Source of the DNA: a virus | Lineage: Duplodnaviria; Caudoviricetes | Strand: one strand, 5' to 3' | Length of the DNA stretch: 51,494 nucleotides | IMG/VR virus record: IMGVR_UViG_3300043764_000051 | Coordinates: 1-51,494 of that record | Shown: positions 1-8,679 of the stretch, one piece after another | How positions within the stretch are numbered: the first letter of the stretch is position 1 | Layout: the number at the start of each line of letters is the position of its first letter | Notes under the pieces: model-generated | What the model was told of the DNA's origin: nothing | Seen by the model: the letters and a program-made list of their open reading frames with translations, nothing else | The model's database searches: none | Program-made: the position numbers and the translations under genes

Positions 1-400
1 CGCGTCCACCCCGCGCACCTTCGACCGCCAGACCAACGAGTGGAAGGACGGCGAGAGCCTCTTCCTCACGTGCAACGTCTGGCGACAGGCCGCTGAGAAC
101 GTCGCCGAATCCCTCACCAAGGGCATGCGCGTCATCGTCCAAGGCCGCCTCCAGCAGCGCTCCTACGAGACCAAGGAAGGCGAGAAGCGCACCGTCTTCG
201 AGGTCGAGGTCGACGAAGTCGGCCCGAGCCTGCGCACGGCGACCGCCAAGGTCACCCGCGCCAACCGGCAGCAAGGACAGCAGAGCGGCGGACAGCAGCG
301 CCAGACCCAGCCGCAGCACCCGTGGTCCTCCAACAGCGGCCAGCAGGGCGGATGGGGCGCGCCGCAGCAGGGCGGCTACGACCAGAACCCCCCGTTCTAG
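1..400 (+). CDS. ssb: single-stranded DNA-binding protein (5' truncated by window edge)
   Basis: Frame from nt 2 reads [56 protein letters not shown], typical actinobacterial SSB with a Q/G-rich tail ending PPF. Confidence 0.97.
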   Translation, partial: ASTPRTFDRQTNEWKDGESLFLTCNVWRQAAENVAESLTKGMRVIVQGRLQQRSYETKEGEKRTVFEVEVDEVGPSLRTATAKVTRANRQQGQQSGGQQRQTQPQHPWSSNSGQQGGWGAPQQGGYDQNPPF

Positions 401-466
401 ATCAACTCGCCACCCCACCAGCCCCACCGGCCGAGCCACCACCGCCCACCCAGGGAGGCGACCCCC

Positions 467-1237
467 TTGAACGGCCCGCGCACCAACCAGACCACCGCCC
501 TGTACCGGTTCTACGACGCAACCAACGCGCTCCTCTACATCGGCATCACCAACAACCTGACGCGCCGCATCGACGAACACGACGAGGACAAGCCCTGGTA
601 CCAGCACGTTGCCCGCGTCACGGTCGAACACCACCCCAGCCGCGGTGCCGCGCTCGACGCGGAGAAGGCCGCCATCAAGGCCGAGAAGCCGCGCCACAAC
701 GTGGTCCACAACCGGCGTCCGGGCGGAACGCACGCGAAGTCGACGGCCACGGGGCGCTGGGCCTTCACCGCACGCAGGACCCGGCAGGAGTGGCAGACCG
801 ATCTTCAGCTGTACCCCGAGCTGGACTGCTCCGCAATGGTCGACGACTACTGGGAGCTGGACGGCGAAGGCCAGTTCGAGGAGTACGTCCGGTACATCCA
901 GCGCCGGTACGCCCAGTGGTGGGACACCGACGCAGTGCCGATCGTCTGGGCAGTTCACAACAGCTGGGGCCAGGTCTTCGAATCTGCCCCATACACCGAG
1001 GAACGGCCCTGGGGTGACTTCCTGACCCATTTCACGTGGCCCATCGACGCCGTTACCGGCGAACGCCTCGACTGGTTCAAGCTCCCCGTGATCAACGACC
1101 GGTTCCCCGAGTTCTCCAAGGCCCTCGACTGGACGCCATCACCGCTCCAGCCGACATGCCCGCTGCGCAGCATCGTCCAGAGCCGCTCCGGCTACCGACC
1201 GCTGCCCGCAGCGCGCGGCTACCCGACTGCTGCTTGA
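467..1237 (+). CDS. GIY-YIG nuclease domain protein with unknown C-terminal domain
   Basis: ALYRFYDATNALLYIGITNNLTRRIDEH...KPW...EKAAIKAEKPRHN; GGAGG RBS before TTG. Confidence 0.8.
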   Translation: MNGPRTNQTTALYRFYDATNALLYIGITNNLTRRIDEHDEDKPWYQHVARVTVEHHPSRGAALDAEKAAIKAEKPRHNVVHNRRPGGTHAKSTATGRWAFTARRTRQEWQTDLQLYPELDCSAMVDDYWELDGEGQFEEYVRYIQRRYAQWWDTDAVPIVWAVHNSWGQVFESAPYTEERPWGDFLTHFTWPIDAVTGERLDWFKLPVINDRFPEFSKALDWTPSPLQPTCPLRSIVQSRSGYRPLPAARGYPTAA

Positions 1238-1318
1238 CCCGTCCCGCCGGTCACGGCCGGCGGCCACCCCCGGAGCCCTCACTCCCGGACCGTCCCTTGT
1301 CCCCGGAAGAAGCCGCAC

Positions 1319-2191
1319 ATGCCATGGGTCCGCCTGGACGACCGATTCCCCTCACACAGGAAGATCCGCCTGCTCTCGCACCAGGCGTTCCGGCTGTACG
1401 TCTCCGGGCTGTGCTACGCCTCCGAGAACCTCACCGACGGACGTATTCCGGCATCGGAGCTGCGCATTGTCGCGGACGTGAGGTCGGGTAAATCGGCGGC
1501 AAAGGAGCTCGTCGAGCGAGGCCTGTGGCGTGACAACCCCGACGGCGGATGGATCATCCACGACTACCACGACTACAACCCCACCGCCGACCAGGTACGA
1601 GCCGACCGCGCAGCCAGAACCGAACGTCAGGCGCGGTGGAGGGCTGGCAAGAAGGCCAAGCCGAAGCAACCAGGTGCAGGTACGGACGCGCCCGGACCTG
1701 TAGACGCGGTAGACGCACGTGTAGACGCGTCTACAGACGCGTCGCGAGACGCCCCTGTAACGCCTGCCCCGTACCCGAGCCCCTACCCCGTAGTACCTCC
1801 TACGGAGGTACAGCTAGCAGGAGCGCCCGCCGCCGGGCAAATCCCGATGATCGGCGACAAACCCCGCGTCCCCACCAACTGCCAGCCACTCGTCGACGCC
1901 ATCACCGCCGCTCGAATGCCAGTCGGCTGGGACCTCCGCGCTGGCGAATGGCTCCTCATCGAAGCCCTCATCAAGCGCTGCGGCATTCACATGCTCGTCC
2001 AGCACGCCGTCTCCATGTGGGAAGGCGCCCGGCGCCAACCCCAGTCCGCGAAGTACTTCCTACCCGGCTGGCGCACCCTCCCCGACGCCCCAACTGCGGA
2101 CAGCCCCGCGCCGGGGCCGCTCACCAAGAACCAGATCGGCCGCGCACTCCTCGCCGACGCCGCCAACCAACTCGCGGAGGGTGCCGCATGA
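1319..2191 (+). CDS. phage replication initiator (RepA-like), module 1
   Basis: MPWVRLDDRFPSHRK...GWIIHDYHDYNP N-terminus typical of actinophage initiators; internal DNA repeats; followed by loader-like gene. Confidence 0.7.
   Translation: MPWVRLDDRFPSHRKIRLLSHQAFRLYVSGLCYASENLTDGRIPASELRIVADVRSGKSAAKELVERGLWRDNPDGGWIIHDYHDYNPTADQVRADRAARTERQARWRAGKKAKPKQPGAGTDAPGPVDAVDARVDASTDASRDAPVTPAPYPSPYPVVPPTEVQLAGAPAAGQIPMIGDKPRVPTNCQPLVDAITAARMPVGWDLRAGEWLLIEALIKRCGIHMLVQHAVSMWEGARRQPQSAKYFLPGWRTLPDAPTADSPAPGPLTKNQIGRALLADAANQLAEGAA
1700..1763. repeat. AGACGC-type iteron array in initiator 1 (putative origin)
   Basis: GTAGACGC at 1700, 1709, 1721; ACAGACGC 1733; CGAGACGC 1745; includes palindrome TGTAGACGCGTCTACA; mostly 12-bp period. 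Confidence 0.65.
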
Positions 2192-2880
2192 CTCCCGACG
2201 AAATCGGGCCTTACCTGGAACGAATTGCCGCCACCGACCCGCGCATCCTCCCCACCGACAAAGCCGAAGCAATCGCCGCGACCGCGCTGTGGGCCGTCGC
2301 CATGGCCCCCATCCCGTTCCAGTTCGCCGTCAACGCCGTCGCCCAGCACTACGCCGACTCCCCCTACCTCGTGAAACCCGCCGACGTCGTCACCCGCTGG
2401 CGCGCCCACGCCCGCGACGCCGCCGACCGGCACGTCGACGCCCCGCCAGCCACCGACGATCCGCACGAGTACCTCGCCCAGATCCGTACGGGCCGCACCG
2501 AGGCCGTCAGCAACGTCATCCCGATCTCGCAGCGCAACGCCCACCGCCGCCAGGCCCTCGGCCCAGGCATGCCCCAGGTCGCCGCCATGTCCTGTAGCGA
2601 CGAAGACATCCTCGCCATCCGCACCCAGGGCGACTTCGTTCGGCTGTGGAAGGACACAAAGCAGCGCGAGCAGGCCAAGGACGATGCTCGCAAGGCGCTC
2701 GTCCTGCAGCACGAAGACCTGTGCCAGCGACTGGAGCAGGCACACGGGCTCTCCCGGGCGGAGTGCTGGAACGGGCGGATACCGCCGGAGCGGCTGCCGT
2801 CCGGGCTGCTGAACCCAAGCCCGATCCGCACCGCACTGCTCGCGATCGTCGCCGAGGCCGAACGGAGGGCGGCCGCATGA
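2188..2880 (+). CDS. putative helicase loader/inhibitor-like protein
   Basis: ATGA overlap with initiator; MTPDEIGPYLERIAATDPR...W...AVAQHY...VKPADV pattern and position. Confidence 0.55.
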   Translation: MTPDEIGPYLERIAATDPRILPTDKAEAIAATALWAVAMAPIPFQFAVNAVAQHYADSPYLVKPADVVTRWRAHARDAADRHVDAPPATDDPHEYLAQIRTGRTEAVSNVIPISQRNAHRRQALGPGMPQVAAMSCSDEDILAIRTQGDFVRLWKDTKQREQAKDDARKALVLQHEDLCQRLEQAHGLSRAECWNGRIPPERLPSGLLNPSPIRTALLAIVAEAERRAAA

Positions 2881-3080
2881 GCGCGCACGTTCCGGACGCC
2901 CTGGCGCAGCTCGTTGCCGCAATTGCGGAGGACAACCCCCTTGCGCCGCCCGACCGGATCGGTGAGCTCGTCGTCCGCGAACTCCGCCGTCAGGGCTGGC
3001 ACATCGGTGTCCCGGGAGCCTGCCGACCCGCCCTGGTTCAGCAGGCCGTGGCCCCGTCCAGCCAGGCGGCGAGGCCGTGA
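2877..3080 (+). CDS. hypothetical phage protein
   Basis: ATGA-coupled start, GGAGG RBS. Confidence 0.55.
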   Translation: MSAHVPDALAQLVAAIAEDNPLAPPDRIGELVVRELRRQGWHIGVPGACRPALVQQAVAPSSQAARP

Positions 3081-3118
3081 CCGGCGCCGTCCCACGAATC
3101 CCGCCGCAGGAGAACCCG

Positions 3119-3388
3119 ATGCCCGATCAGCGCCCCGACAGAGAACACCTCCTCCATCTCATCAGCCGCGTCGAACGAGGCGTTCTGACGCCCGAGGAGC
3201 GCCCGCTGCTGCGCCGGGCCGTCCTCGCCCTCCTGGAAGCCGTGGAGGCGGCCCCACGGCCCGTCCTGGACGTTCCGTGCCCCCTCTGCCAGGCCACCGC
3301 TGGTCGCCGGTGCGTGGCGGTTCAGGGCACGCTGCCGCCGCGTCAGCCGCACGCGGAGCGGCGCCGGCTGGCGGGAGGGCAGCGGTGA
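3119..3388 (+). CDS. small zinc-finger protein
   Basis: AGGAG RBS; CPLCQATAGRRC...H motif. Confidence 0.6.
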   Translation: MPDQRPDREHLLHLISRVERGVLTPEERPLLRRAVLALLEAVEAAPRPVLDVPCPLCQATAGRRCVAVQGTLPPRQPHAERRRLAGGQR

Positions 3389-3819
3389 ACGTCTCACGGG
3401 TGATCGTGACCGGTTCGCGTGAGTGGCCTGATCGGGCCGCGGTGGAGCACGCGCTCGGCGTGGCGCTGCGCATCTACAGGCCGCTGGTGATTGTCCACGG
3501 GGCGTGCGCCACCGGGGCTGACGCGATGGCGGAGGCATGGGCGCAGCGAGCCGGCGTCGAGACCGATCCGTTCGAGGCGGACTGGGACAACTGCGGGCCC
3601 GGGTGCTGGCCGGGGCATCGTCGGCGGCGGCGTGACGGGTCGGAGTTCTGTCCGGCGGCGGGGCCGAGGCGGAACGCTCAGATGGTGGCGGCCGGGGCGC
3701 GGATCGTGCTGGCGTTCCCCCTGCCGGGTGGCCGGTCGCGGGGCACGGAGGGCTGCATCGCGCTGGCTGAGGCGGCTGGGATACCCGTCAGGCGCTTCGA
3801 GTTGAGGGCGCAGCGGTGA
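3385..3819 (+). CDS. SLOG family (DUF2493/YspA-like) protein
   Basis: RVIVTGSREW...IVHGACATGADAMA...AGPRRNAQMV...SRGT. Confidence 0.85.
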   Translation: MNVSRVIVTGSREWPDRAAVEHALGVALRIYRPLVIVHGACATGADAMAEAWAQRAGVETDPFEADWDNCGPGCWPGHRRRRRDGSEFCPAAGPRRNAQMVAAGARIVLAFPLPGGRSRGTEGCIALAEAAGIPVRRFELRAQR

Positions 3820-4106
3820 GCGGCCTGGCGAGCGCTCTCGTCGCGTGCTGGGAAGAGATCAGTTCTGCTCCTGAGTCTGCCGCACCTGGCAGCTTCCTCG
3901 ATGGCTGGCTACGTGCCCGTGGCGGCGTTCGCGAGGAGCTCGCCGCGATGCCGAGCGTCGCGGCCAAACGCAACTTCTGCCTTGGCGTGCTCGCCCACCG
4001 AATCCTCGTCTTCCGGCAGGAGACGTGGGTGGGAACGCTGCTTGCGCTCACCACGGCCGAGGAGAGCGAAGAAGCGTGGCGCGCGAGATGGCAGGTCGGA
4101 CGATGA
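3816..4106 (+). CDS. hypothetical protein
   Basis: GTGA-coupled ORF with less typical codon usage. Confidence 0.35.
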   Translation: MSGLASALVACWEEISSAPESAAPGSFLDGWLRARGGVREELAAMPSVAAKRNFCLGVLAHRILVFRQETWVGTLLALTTAEESEEAWRARWQVGR

Positions 4107-4168
4107 CCGGGTGCGGACATGACGAAGCGCCGCGTGGCGGCTGCCAGCGGCTCGCGGGTTGGGGTGGG

Positions 4169-4468
4169 CTACTCGGCGGCCGGGGCGGTGTCTTCGGCGG
4201 TCTTCTTGCGGCGGCCCGTGGTTTCGCCCTTCTCCAGTTGGCGGACGCGGCTGAAGTGGATGCCGAGGCTTTCGCCGATGGCGCGGTGGGAGTGGCCGGC
4301 GGCGCGGAGTTCGCGGATGGCTTCGGTGCGGATGCGGGCGGTGTCGCTGGTGGCTTCGCGTACGGCGTCGGTCATTTCGCCTGCTTGGAGGGCTCGTTCG
4401 GTGGGGTCGGGGATGGCTGCGAGGGCTTGGACGGCGTCTCGGATGCGGGTGGCGGGTTTCTTGGTCAT
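4169..4468 (-). CDS. small HTH regulator (probably leaderless)
   Basis: RELRAAGHSHRAIGESLGIHFSRVRQLEKG HTH; TACACT six nt upstream of ATG. Confidence 0.75.
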   Translation of the reverse strand: MTKKPATRIRDAVQALAAIPDPTERALQAGEMTDAVREATSDTARIRTEAIRELRAAGHSHRAIGESLGIHFSRVRQLEKGETTGRRKKTAEDTAPAAE

Positions 4469-4476
4469 GTCAGGAG

Positions 4477-4562
4477 TGTAGAGGGTGGACTCTTTTCGGT
4501 GAACCCCTTGCGCCATGTAGAGGATGGCCTCTACATTGGAGTCAGTAGAGACCAGCCTCTAC
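4477..4562. promoter_or_regulatory. three GTAGAG-N6-CTCTAC operators over divergent promoters
   Basis: GTAGAGggtggaCTCTTT (4478), GTAGAGgatggcCTCTAC (4517), GTAGAGaccagcCTCTAC (4545); TTGCGC-N18-TACATT at 4508-4537. Confidence 0.75.
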
Positions 4563-4585
4563 AGATTCCGGCTCCGGAGGACCCC

Positions 4586-4915
4586 ATGAACGCCGCTTCG
4601 CGCAAGGCCCGCCAGATCCTCCGTGACCGCCGCCGCGCCAACGCCAAGCGCACCATCGCCACCCACGTCGCCAAGACCACCACCGACACCGCGACCGTCA
4701 AGGGCGTCACTGCGGCACTCCGCAAGACCGCCCGCGAGCTCCGCAAGGCCGGCCGGCTCGGCAAGGTCCAGACCCGCACCGAGCACGTCACCGCCGACAG
4801 GGTTGGCCCGGTCTACCGGTACACCGCCGCACAGATCGCCCTGATCGCCGCTTCGTACAAACCGCGCAAGCCGGAGTACCGCGCCGTCGCCACCCGCCTC
4901 GCACTCGCCGCCTAG
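4586..4915 (+). CDS. basic hypothetical phage protein
   Basis: GGAGG RBS; K/R-rich, ends YKPRKPEYRAVATRLALAA. Confidence 0.7.
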   Translation: MNAASRKARQILRDRRRANAKRTIATHVAKTTTDTATVKGVTAALRKTARELRKAGRLGKVQTRTEHVTADRVGPVYRYTAAQIALIAASYKPRKPEYRAVATRLALAA

Positions 4916-4924
4916 GAGCTCGCC

Positions 4925-5164
4925 GTGACCACCATGCAGATCATCGCCGCTGGCCTCGTCCACCTCTGCACCCCGAGCCCGCAGGCCGGCTGGCCCCACC
5001 GTATCCAGGACGACCTCGACGCCCGCGACGCCGCGGCCGAGGCCGAGCGCACTGCCGAGTACGGCACGGACAACTGGCGCGCGGCTTACGCCAAGCGGCT
5101 CGGCGCGGAGACCCGTCTCGCGATCGCGTTCGACCTTCCTGCGGTCCGCACCGGCTGCCGCTGA
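4925..5164 (+). CDS. hypothetical phage protein
   Basis: AGGAG RBS, high GC3. Confidence 0.6.
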   Translation: MTTMQIIAAGLVHLCTPSPQAGWPHRIQDDLDARDAAAEAERTAEYGTDNWRAAYAKRLGAETRLAIAFDLPAVRTGCR

Positions 5165-5220
5165 CCCCCACAGTCCGGCGGGCCCTCCAACCACAACACC
5201 CCGACCGCAAGGAGCCACCC

Positions 5221-5424
5221 GTGACCACCCAGACCATCACCGTCGCCGACCTCGCTTCCGAACTCGGCGCGACCGTCCCGGAGATCGGGCGCCGCGTCAG
5301 CGTCCTGTGCCGCGAGCTCGGCCCGAAGCAGGTCGTTCACACCGCCGTCAGCAGCAACGCAAAGTGCCTGCTGCACGGCGACGCGGCGGACCTGATCCGC
5401 CTCGACCTCGCCAAGGTCGCCTGA
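5221..5424 (+). CDS. small HTH-like protein
   Basis: AAGGAG RBS; ITVADLASELGATVPEI. Confidence 0.55.
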   Translation: MTTQTITVADLASELGATVPEIGRRVSVLCRELGPKQVVHTAVSSNAKCLLHGDAADLIRLDLAKVA

Positions 5425-5615
5425 TGGCCACGCCCCGTGCGGTCGCTGAGCCGTCCGCGTGTGGACACTGCGGGATCCCGCGCCGCCAGCACTACCAGCA
5501 GTGGACCGGGGAGGCCGGCTGGCACCAGTGGGCCCCGCCGAGTGACGGGCAGATCCTCGGCCGGATGATCGCTCGCCGCGCGGACCGCATCGTCCGCCGC
5601 CAGAAGGAGAACTGA
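5424..5615 (+). CDS. small Cys/His phage protein
   Basis: TGATG coupling; CGHCGIPRRQH...HQW. Confidence 0.65.
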   Translation: MATPRAVAEPSACGHCGIPRRQHYQQWTGEAGWHQWAPPSDGQILGRMIARRADRIVRRQKEN

Positions 5616-5618
5616 GCC

Positions 5619-6089
5619 ATGACCCACCCCGTCGCCTTCGACTCCGCGCACGTCGCGGACGGGCGCGCCATGCCCGACGACGAACCGGCCGTGATCGACC
5701 TGCGGCAGTACGCCGTCGTCTTCGACTGCCCCGCCACGGACCGTCGCCACGTCTGGGGCCCGTTCGTCGACCTGGGCACGGCCACCCGGTTCGCCGAGTT
5801 CGCGACCACCGAGGTCGACCCGGCCCGCGTGACCACCTGGGCCGAAGCAATCGCGCTGCCCAGCGCACGCCTGCTCAATCCGGTCGCCGAGCTGCTGGCG
5901 TGGCGGAAGTCCCTGGCGCTCCCACAGGCCACCCCGGCGCTGTGCAACGTGCCCCACCCCGTCGCGGACCACGCCCGCTGCGGTCTCCCGGCCGGCCACG
6001 ACGGCTGGCACGCCGCCGACGCCGGGACCTGGCCGCGCATGGAGCTCCCGTTCGCCGCCCGCTCGACCACCGCCCAGGAGCAGCAGTGA
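5619..6089 (+). CDS. hypothetical phage protein
   Basis: AAGGAG RBS; C-terminal C...CGLPAGHDGWH motif. Confidence 0.65.
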   Translation: MTHPVAFDSAHVADGRAMPDDEPAVIDLRQYAVVFDCPATDRRHVWGPFVDLGTATRFAEFATTEVDPARVTTWAEAIALPSARLLNPVAELLAWRKSLALPQATPALCNVPHPVADHARCGLPAGHDGWHAADAGTWPRMELPFAARSTTAQEQQ

Positions 6090-6337
6090 CCAACCTTCCC
6101 CGCGTGACCGCCGCCGGCGTCAACCTGCTGGCCCTCTTTGCCGATCACACCCTCCACGTCTTCCGCGACGCCGGACGCACCGGACACGGCATCTCACGTG
6201 CGTCCTTCGAACGCCTCCGCCGTGACGGACTCATCAGCCTGGGCGACTACCGGCCGTTGTACGGCCGGCCCGTTGCCCTCACTGAGCTGGGACGCGAGGT
6301 GCTCGCTGCCCGTTCGACCACCGCCCAGGAGGGCTGA
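6086..6337 (+). CDS. small winged-helix-like protein flanked by direct repeats
   Basis: GTGA-coupled; SFERLRRDGLI...LTELGREVL; 27-bp near-identical repeats at 6054-6080 and 6305-6331. Confidence 0.6.
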   Translation: MTNLPRVTAAGVNLLALFADHTLHVFRDAGRTGHGISRASFERLRRDGLISLGDYRPLYGRPVALTELGREVLAARSTTAQEG

Positions 6338-6340
6338 CTC

Positions 6341-7063
6341 ATGCCGCAGTACTACCGCCAGATCGGCGACGCGGTCGGCTACGCCATGGCCCACAACGCC
6401 CGCATGGCCGCCGACATCGCCGTAGCCCGCGCGGCTGAGGACGCCGCCCGCGGCGAGCGCCCGGCCTGCGCTTGCCGCGCGCCTGGCCAGGACGGTGACG
6501 GCTGGGTCCGCTACCAGGCCCGCGACCGCGAGTTCGTGACCCTCCGCTGCCGCAACCACACCACCCAGGAGGGCTGGCCCGTGGATCTGACCGCTACCCA
6601 GTTCAACGAGCGCTACCCGGTCGGCACGGCTGTGATCGCCTACCCCGGCGTCCGCCCCGAGCACGCCGCCACGGTCGGGATGACCGATTACCCCCGGCTG
6701 GCGACCCGCACCCGGAGCAGCGCGTGGAACCTCGGCCACGGCGAGCCGGTCGTCCTGGTCGAGGGTTACGCGGGCGGGATCTCCCTGGAACACATCGACC
6801 TCGACCAGGAGCAGGTGACCACCGCCCACGTCGAGTACGCCTTCAGCCGCCGCGAGGGCGCCAACTCCCTCGGCAACTACCACCTTGTCCTCGACCAGCC
6901 GCTCCACAGTGGACGCCTGCACCGCGACACCCACGACGCCCTGTGCAAGCCCAGGCGGAGGTTTTGGGGACTGGAACCGCGCCCCAAGGCCCAGGCCGAC
7001 TGCCCCCGCTGCCTGCTCGCTGCCGCGCGGCACGGCGTCACGGTCGCTGGCGGTGCGCGGTGA
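6341..7063 (+). CDS. hypothetical protein, apparent fusion of three small phage genes
   Basis: In-frame AGGAG+GTG at 6581 and 6815. Confidence 0.65.
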   Translation: MPQYYRQIGDAVGYAMAHNARMAADIAVARAAEDAARGERPACACRAPGQDGDGWVRYQARDREFVTLRCRNHTTQEGWPVDLTATQFNERYPVGTAVIAYPGVRPEHAATVGMTDYPRLATRTRSSAWNLGHGEPVVLVEGYAGGISLEHIDLDQEQVTTAHVEYAFSRREGANSLGNYHLVLDQPLHSGRLHRDTHDALCKPRRRFWGLEPRPKAQADCPRCLLAAARHGVTVAGGAR

Positions 7064-7368
7064 CCACCACTCCCGCCGATGACGACCAGCCGGGCCAGTG
7101 CGCGCGCTGCCTGTGCGATGACTGCGGCGGACGCCTCGACCAGCACACCGCAGACGGCTGCACCTGCGACTCCTGCCAGTTCGACCCGCAGTACGCGTGC
7201 CGTCTCGCGGAGTTCGCCCGGCCGGAGCGGGTCCGGCTCCTCGCTCAGCAGCTCGGCCCCCTGTTGTCCGCGCACCTCGACGCGAAGCATCAGCGCCGCT
7301 GTCTCGCGGTCGCCCACGTCGCGCACCACGCCCTGCTCGACTACGACCACCCCGAGGACGCCCGGTGA
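7060..7368 (+). CDS. Cys-rich hypothetical protein
   Basis: GTGA-coupled; CARCLCDDCGG...H...CTCDSC. Confidence 0.6.
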   Translation: MTTTPADDDQPGQCARCLCDDCGGRLDQHTADGCTCDSCQFDPQYACRLAEFARPERVRLLAQQLGPLLSAHLDAKHQRRCLAVAHVAHHALLDYDHPEDAR

Positions 7369-7772
7369 GCAGCATCTACCGGGTCGTCTGCCTCTCCCAC
7401 GACCCCGCCATCGAAGCCAGCGAGCACCAGCGCCCCGAGCACGCCGAGCAGGCCATCGCGGCCGACATCGACGGCCACCACGGCTGCGACCTGATGATCG
7501 GCCGCTACAGCTACCCGCTCGTTGAGCTCGGCTGCCCGCCCAGTGCCGCCACCCGAGGCCACCCCGGCAGCAGCTGCTGCCACGGCACCACCCAGTGGAT
7601 TGACGCCGACTGGCTCCGGCTCCTCGCCGCTGTCCAGCAGGACCCTGCTGGCCGAGCCAGCCAGCTCGCTGGCAGCGGCAACTTCCGCTGCTGGACGGTG
7701 AAGCGGCTGCAGCGGCTCCGCCTCGAACTCGGCATTGCCCACCTGTACGAGACCACCGGAGGCGCCCGATGA
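7365..7772 (+). CDS. hypothetical phage protein
   Basis: GTGA-coupled; YRVVCLSHDPAI...HHGCDLMIGRYSYPLVELGCP. Confidence 0.7.
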   Translation: MSSIYRVVCLSHDPAIEASEHQRPEHAEQAIAADIDGHHGCDLMIGRYSYPLVELGCPPSAATRGHPGSSCCHGTTQWIDADWLRLLAAVQQDPAGRASQLAGSGNFRCWTVKRLQRLRLELGIAHLYETTGGAR

Positions 7773-8665
7773 CTACCCCGCTCACCGACCAGCAACTCGC
7801 CGCCCAGATCGAGTGCGCCATCGGTCTGACCCAGGACTGCGGCGGCACTGCAGGCGTCCACGCCGTCCGTGACGCCGTCCTCGCCGTCGTGCGGCCCGAG
7901 CTGGACCAGCTGCGCGCCAGCCTTGCCGAGATGACCCGCTGCCGGGACGCCGCAATCCGCCAGGCCCGGCGCGACGACATCGACGTGGAACCCCACCTCG
8001 ACGACCTGTTCGCCGACGGCCTCCACGGCCTGTACGAGTGGACCGACCAGCCGCAGCCGGACGCTGCGCCCGACCTGCTGGTGAACACCTGCGTTGCGCT
8101 CATCCGGCCGGTCCTGGCCAAGCTCACCGAGCAGCGCGACCAGGCCCGCGCCGAACTGGCCACCGCGCAGCACGCCGCCTTCCACAAGGCCGCCGACGTC
8201 CTGGACGACATCGCCAGCAAGCAGGACTGCTTCGACGACCAGCAGTCCCAGGCGGACGCCGAGCACACCCGCAGCTCCGCCCGCGCCATTCGGATCTACG
8301 CCGCCGCGACCGCCGATGCGCCCAAGCCGTCCGCCGCAGTGCCCGGTACCTCGGCGTGCCACTCGACCCGGCACTGTGTCACGTGGGGCTTCTGCCACCG
8401 GTGCGCCCCCGAGTTGTCTGCTCAGGCGGTTCAGCGGTTGGGCGAGTCGGCGGGCAGCGACCGGCCCGAGGTCTACGCCGCGATCGTCGCCGACCTGACA
8501 GGCGCCGACGCGGACGAGTGGGTGCGCTGCTCCGGCCTGCACTGCCCGAACAGCGAACGCTTCACCAAGGCCGCCGAACGCGGCTGGCTCCACGGGCACA
8601 TGGACACCTGGCAATGCCCCAAGTGCCGCGCCACCGCCGGTTCCGCCCCGACCGCCACACCCTGA
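7769..8665 (+). CDS. mosaic hypothetical protein with coiled coil and Zn-binding motifs
   Basis: ATGA-coupled; HCVTWGFCHRC and CxxxxC...WQCPKC. Confidence 0.7.
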   Translation: MTTPLTDQQLAAQIECAIGLTQDCGGTAGVHAVRDAVLAVVRPELDQLRASLAEMTRCRDAAIRQARRDDIDVEPHLDDLFADGLHGLYEWTDQPQPDAAPDLLVNTCVALIRPVLAKLTEQRDQARAELATAQHAAFHKAADVLDDIASKQDCFDDQQSQADAEHTRSSARAIRIYAAATADAPKPSAAVPGTSACHSTRHCVTWGFCHRCAPELSAQAVQRLGESAGSDRPEVYAAIVADLTGADADEWVRCSGLHCPNSERFTKAAERGWLHGHMDTWQCPKCRATAGSAPTATP

Positions 8666-8679
8666 GGAGCCCACAACCC

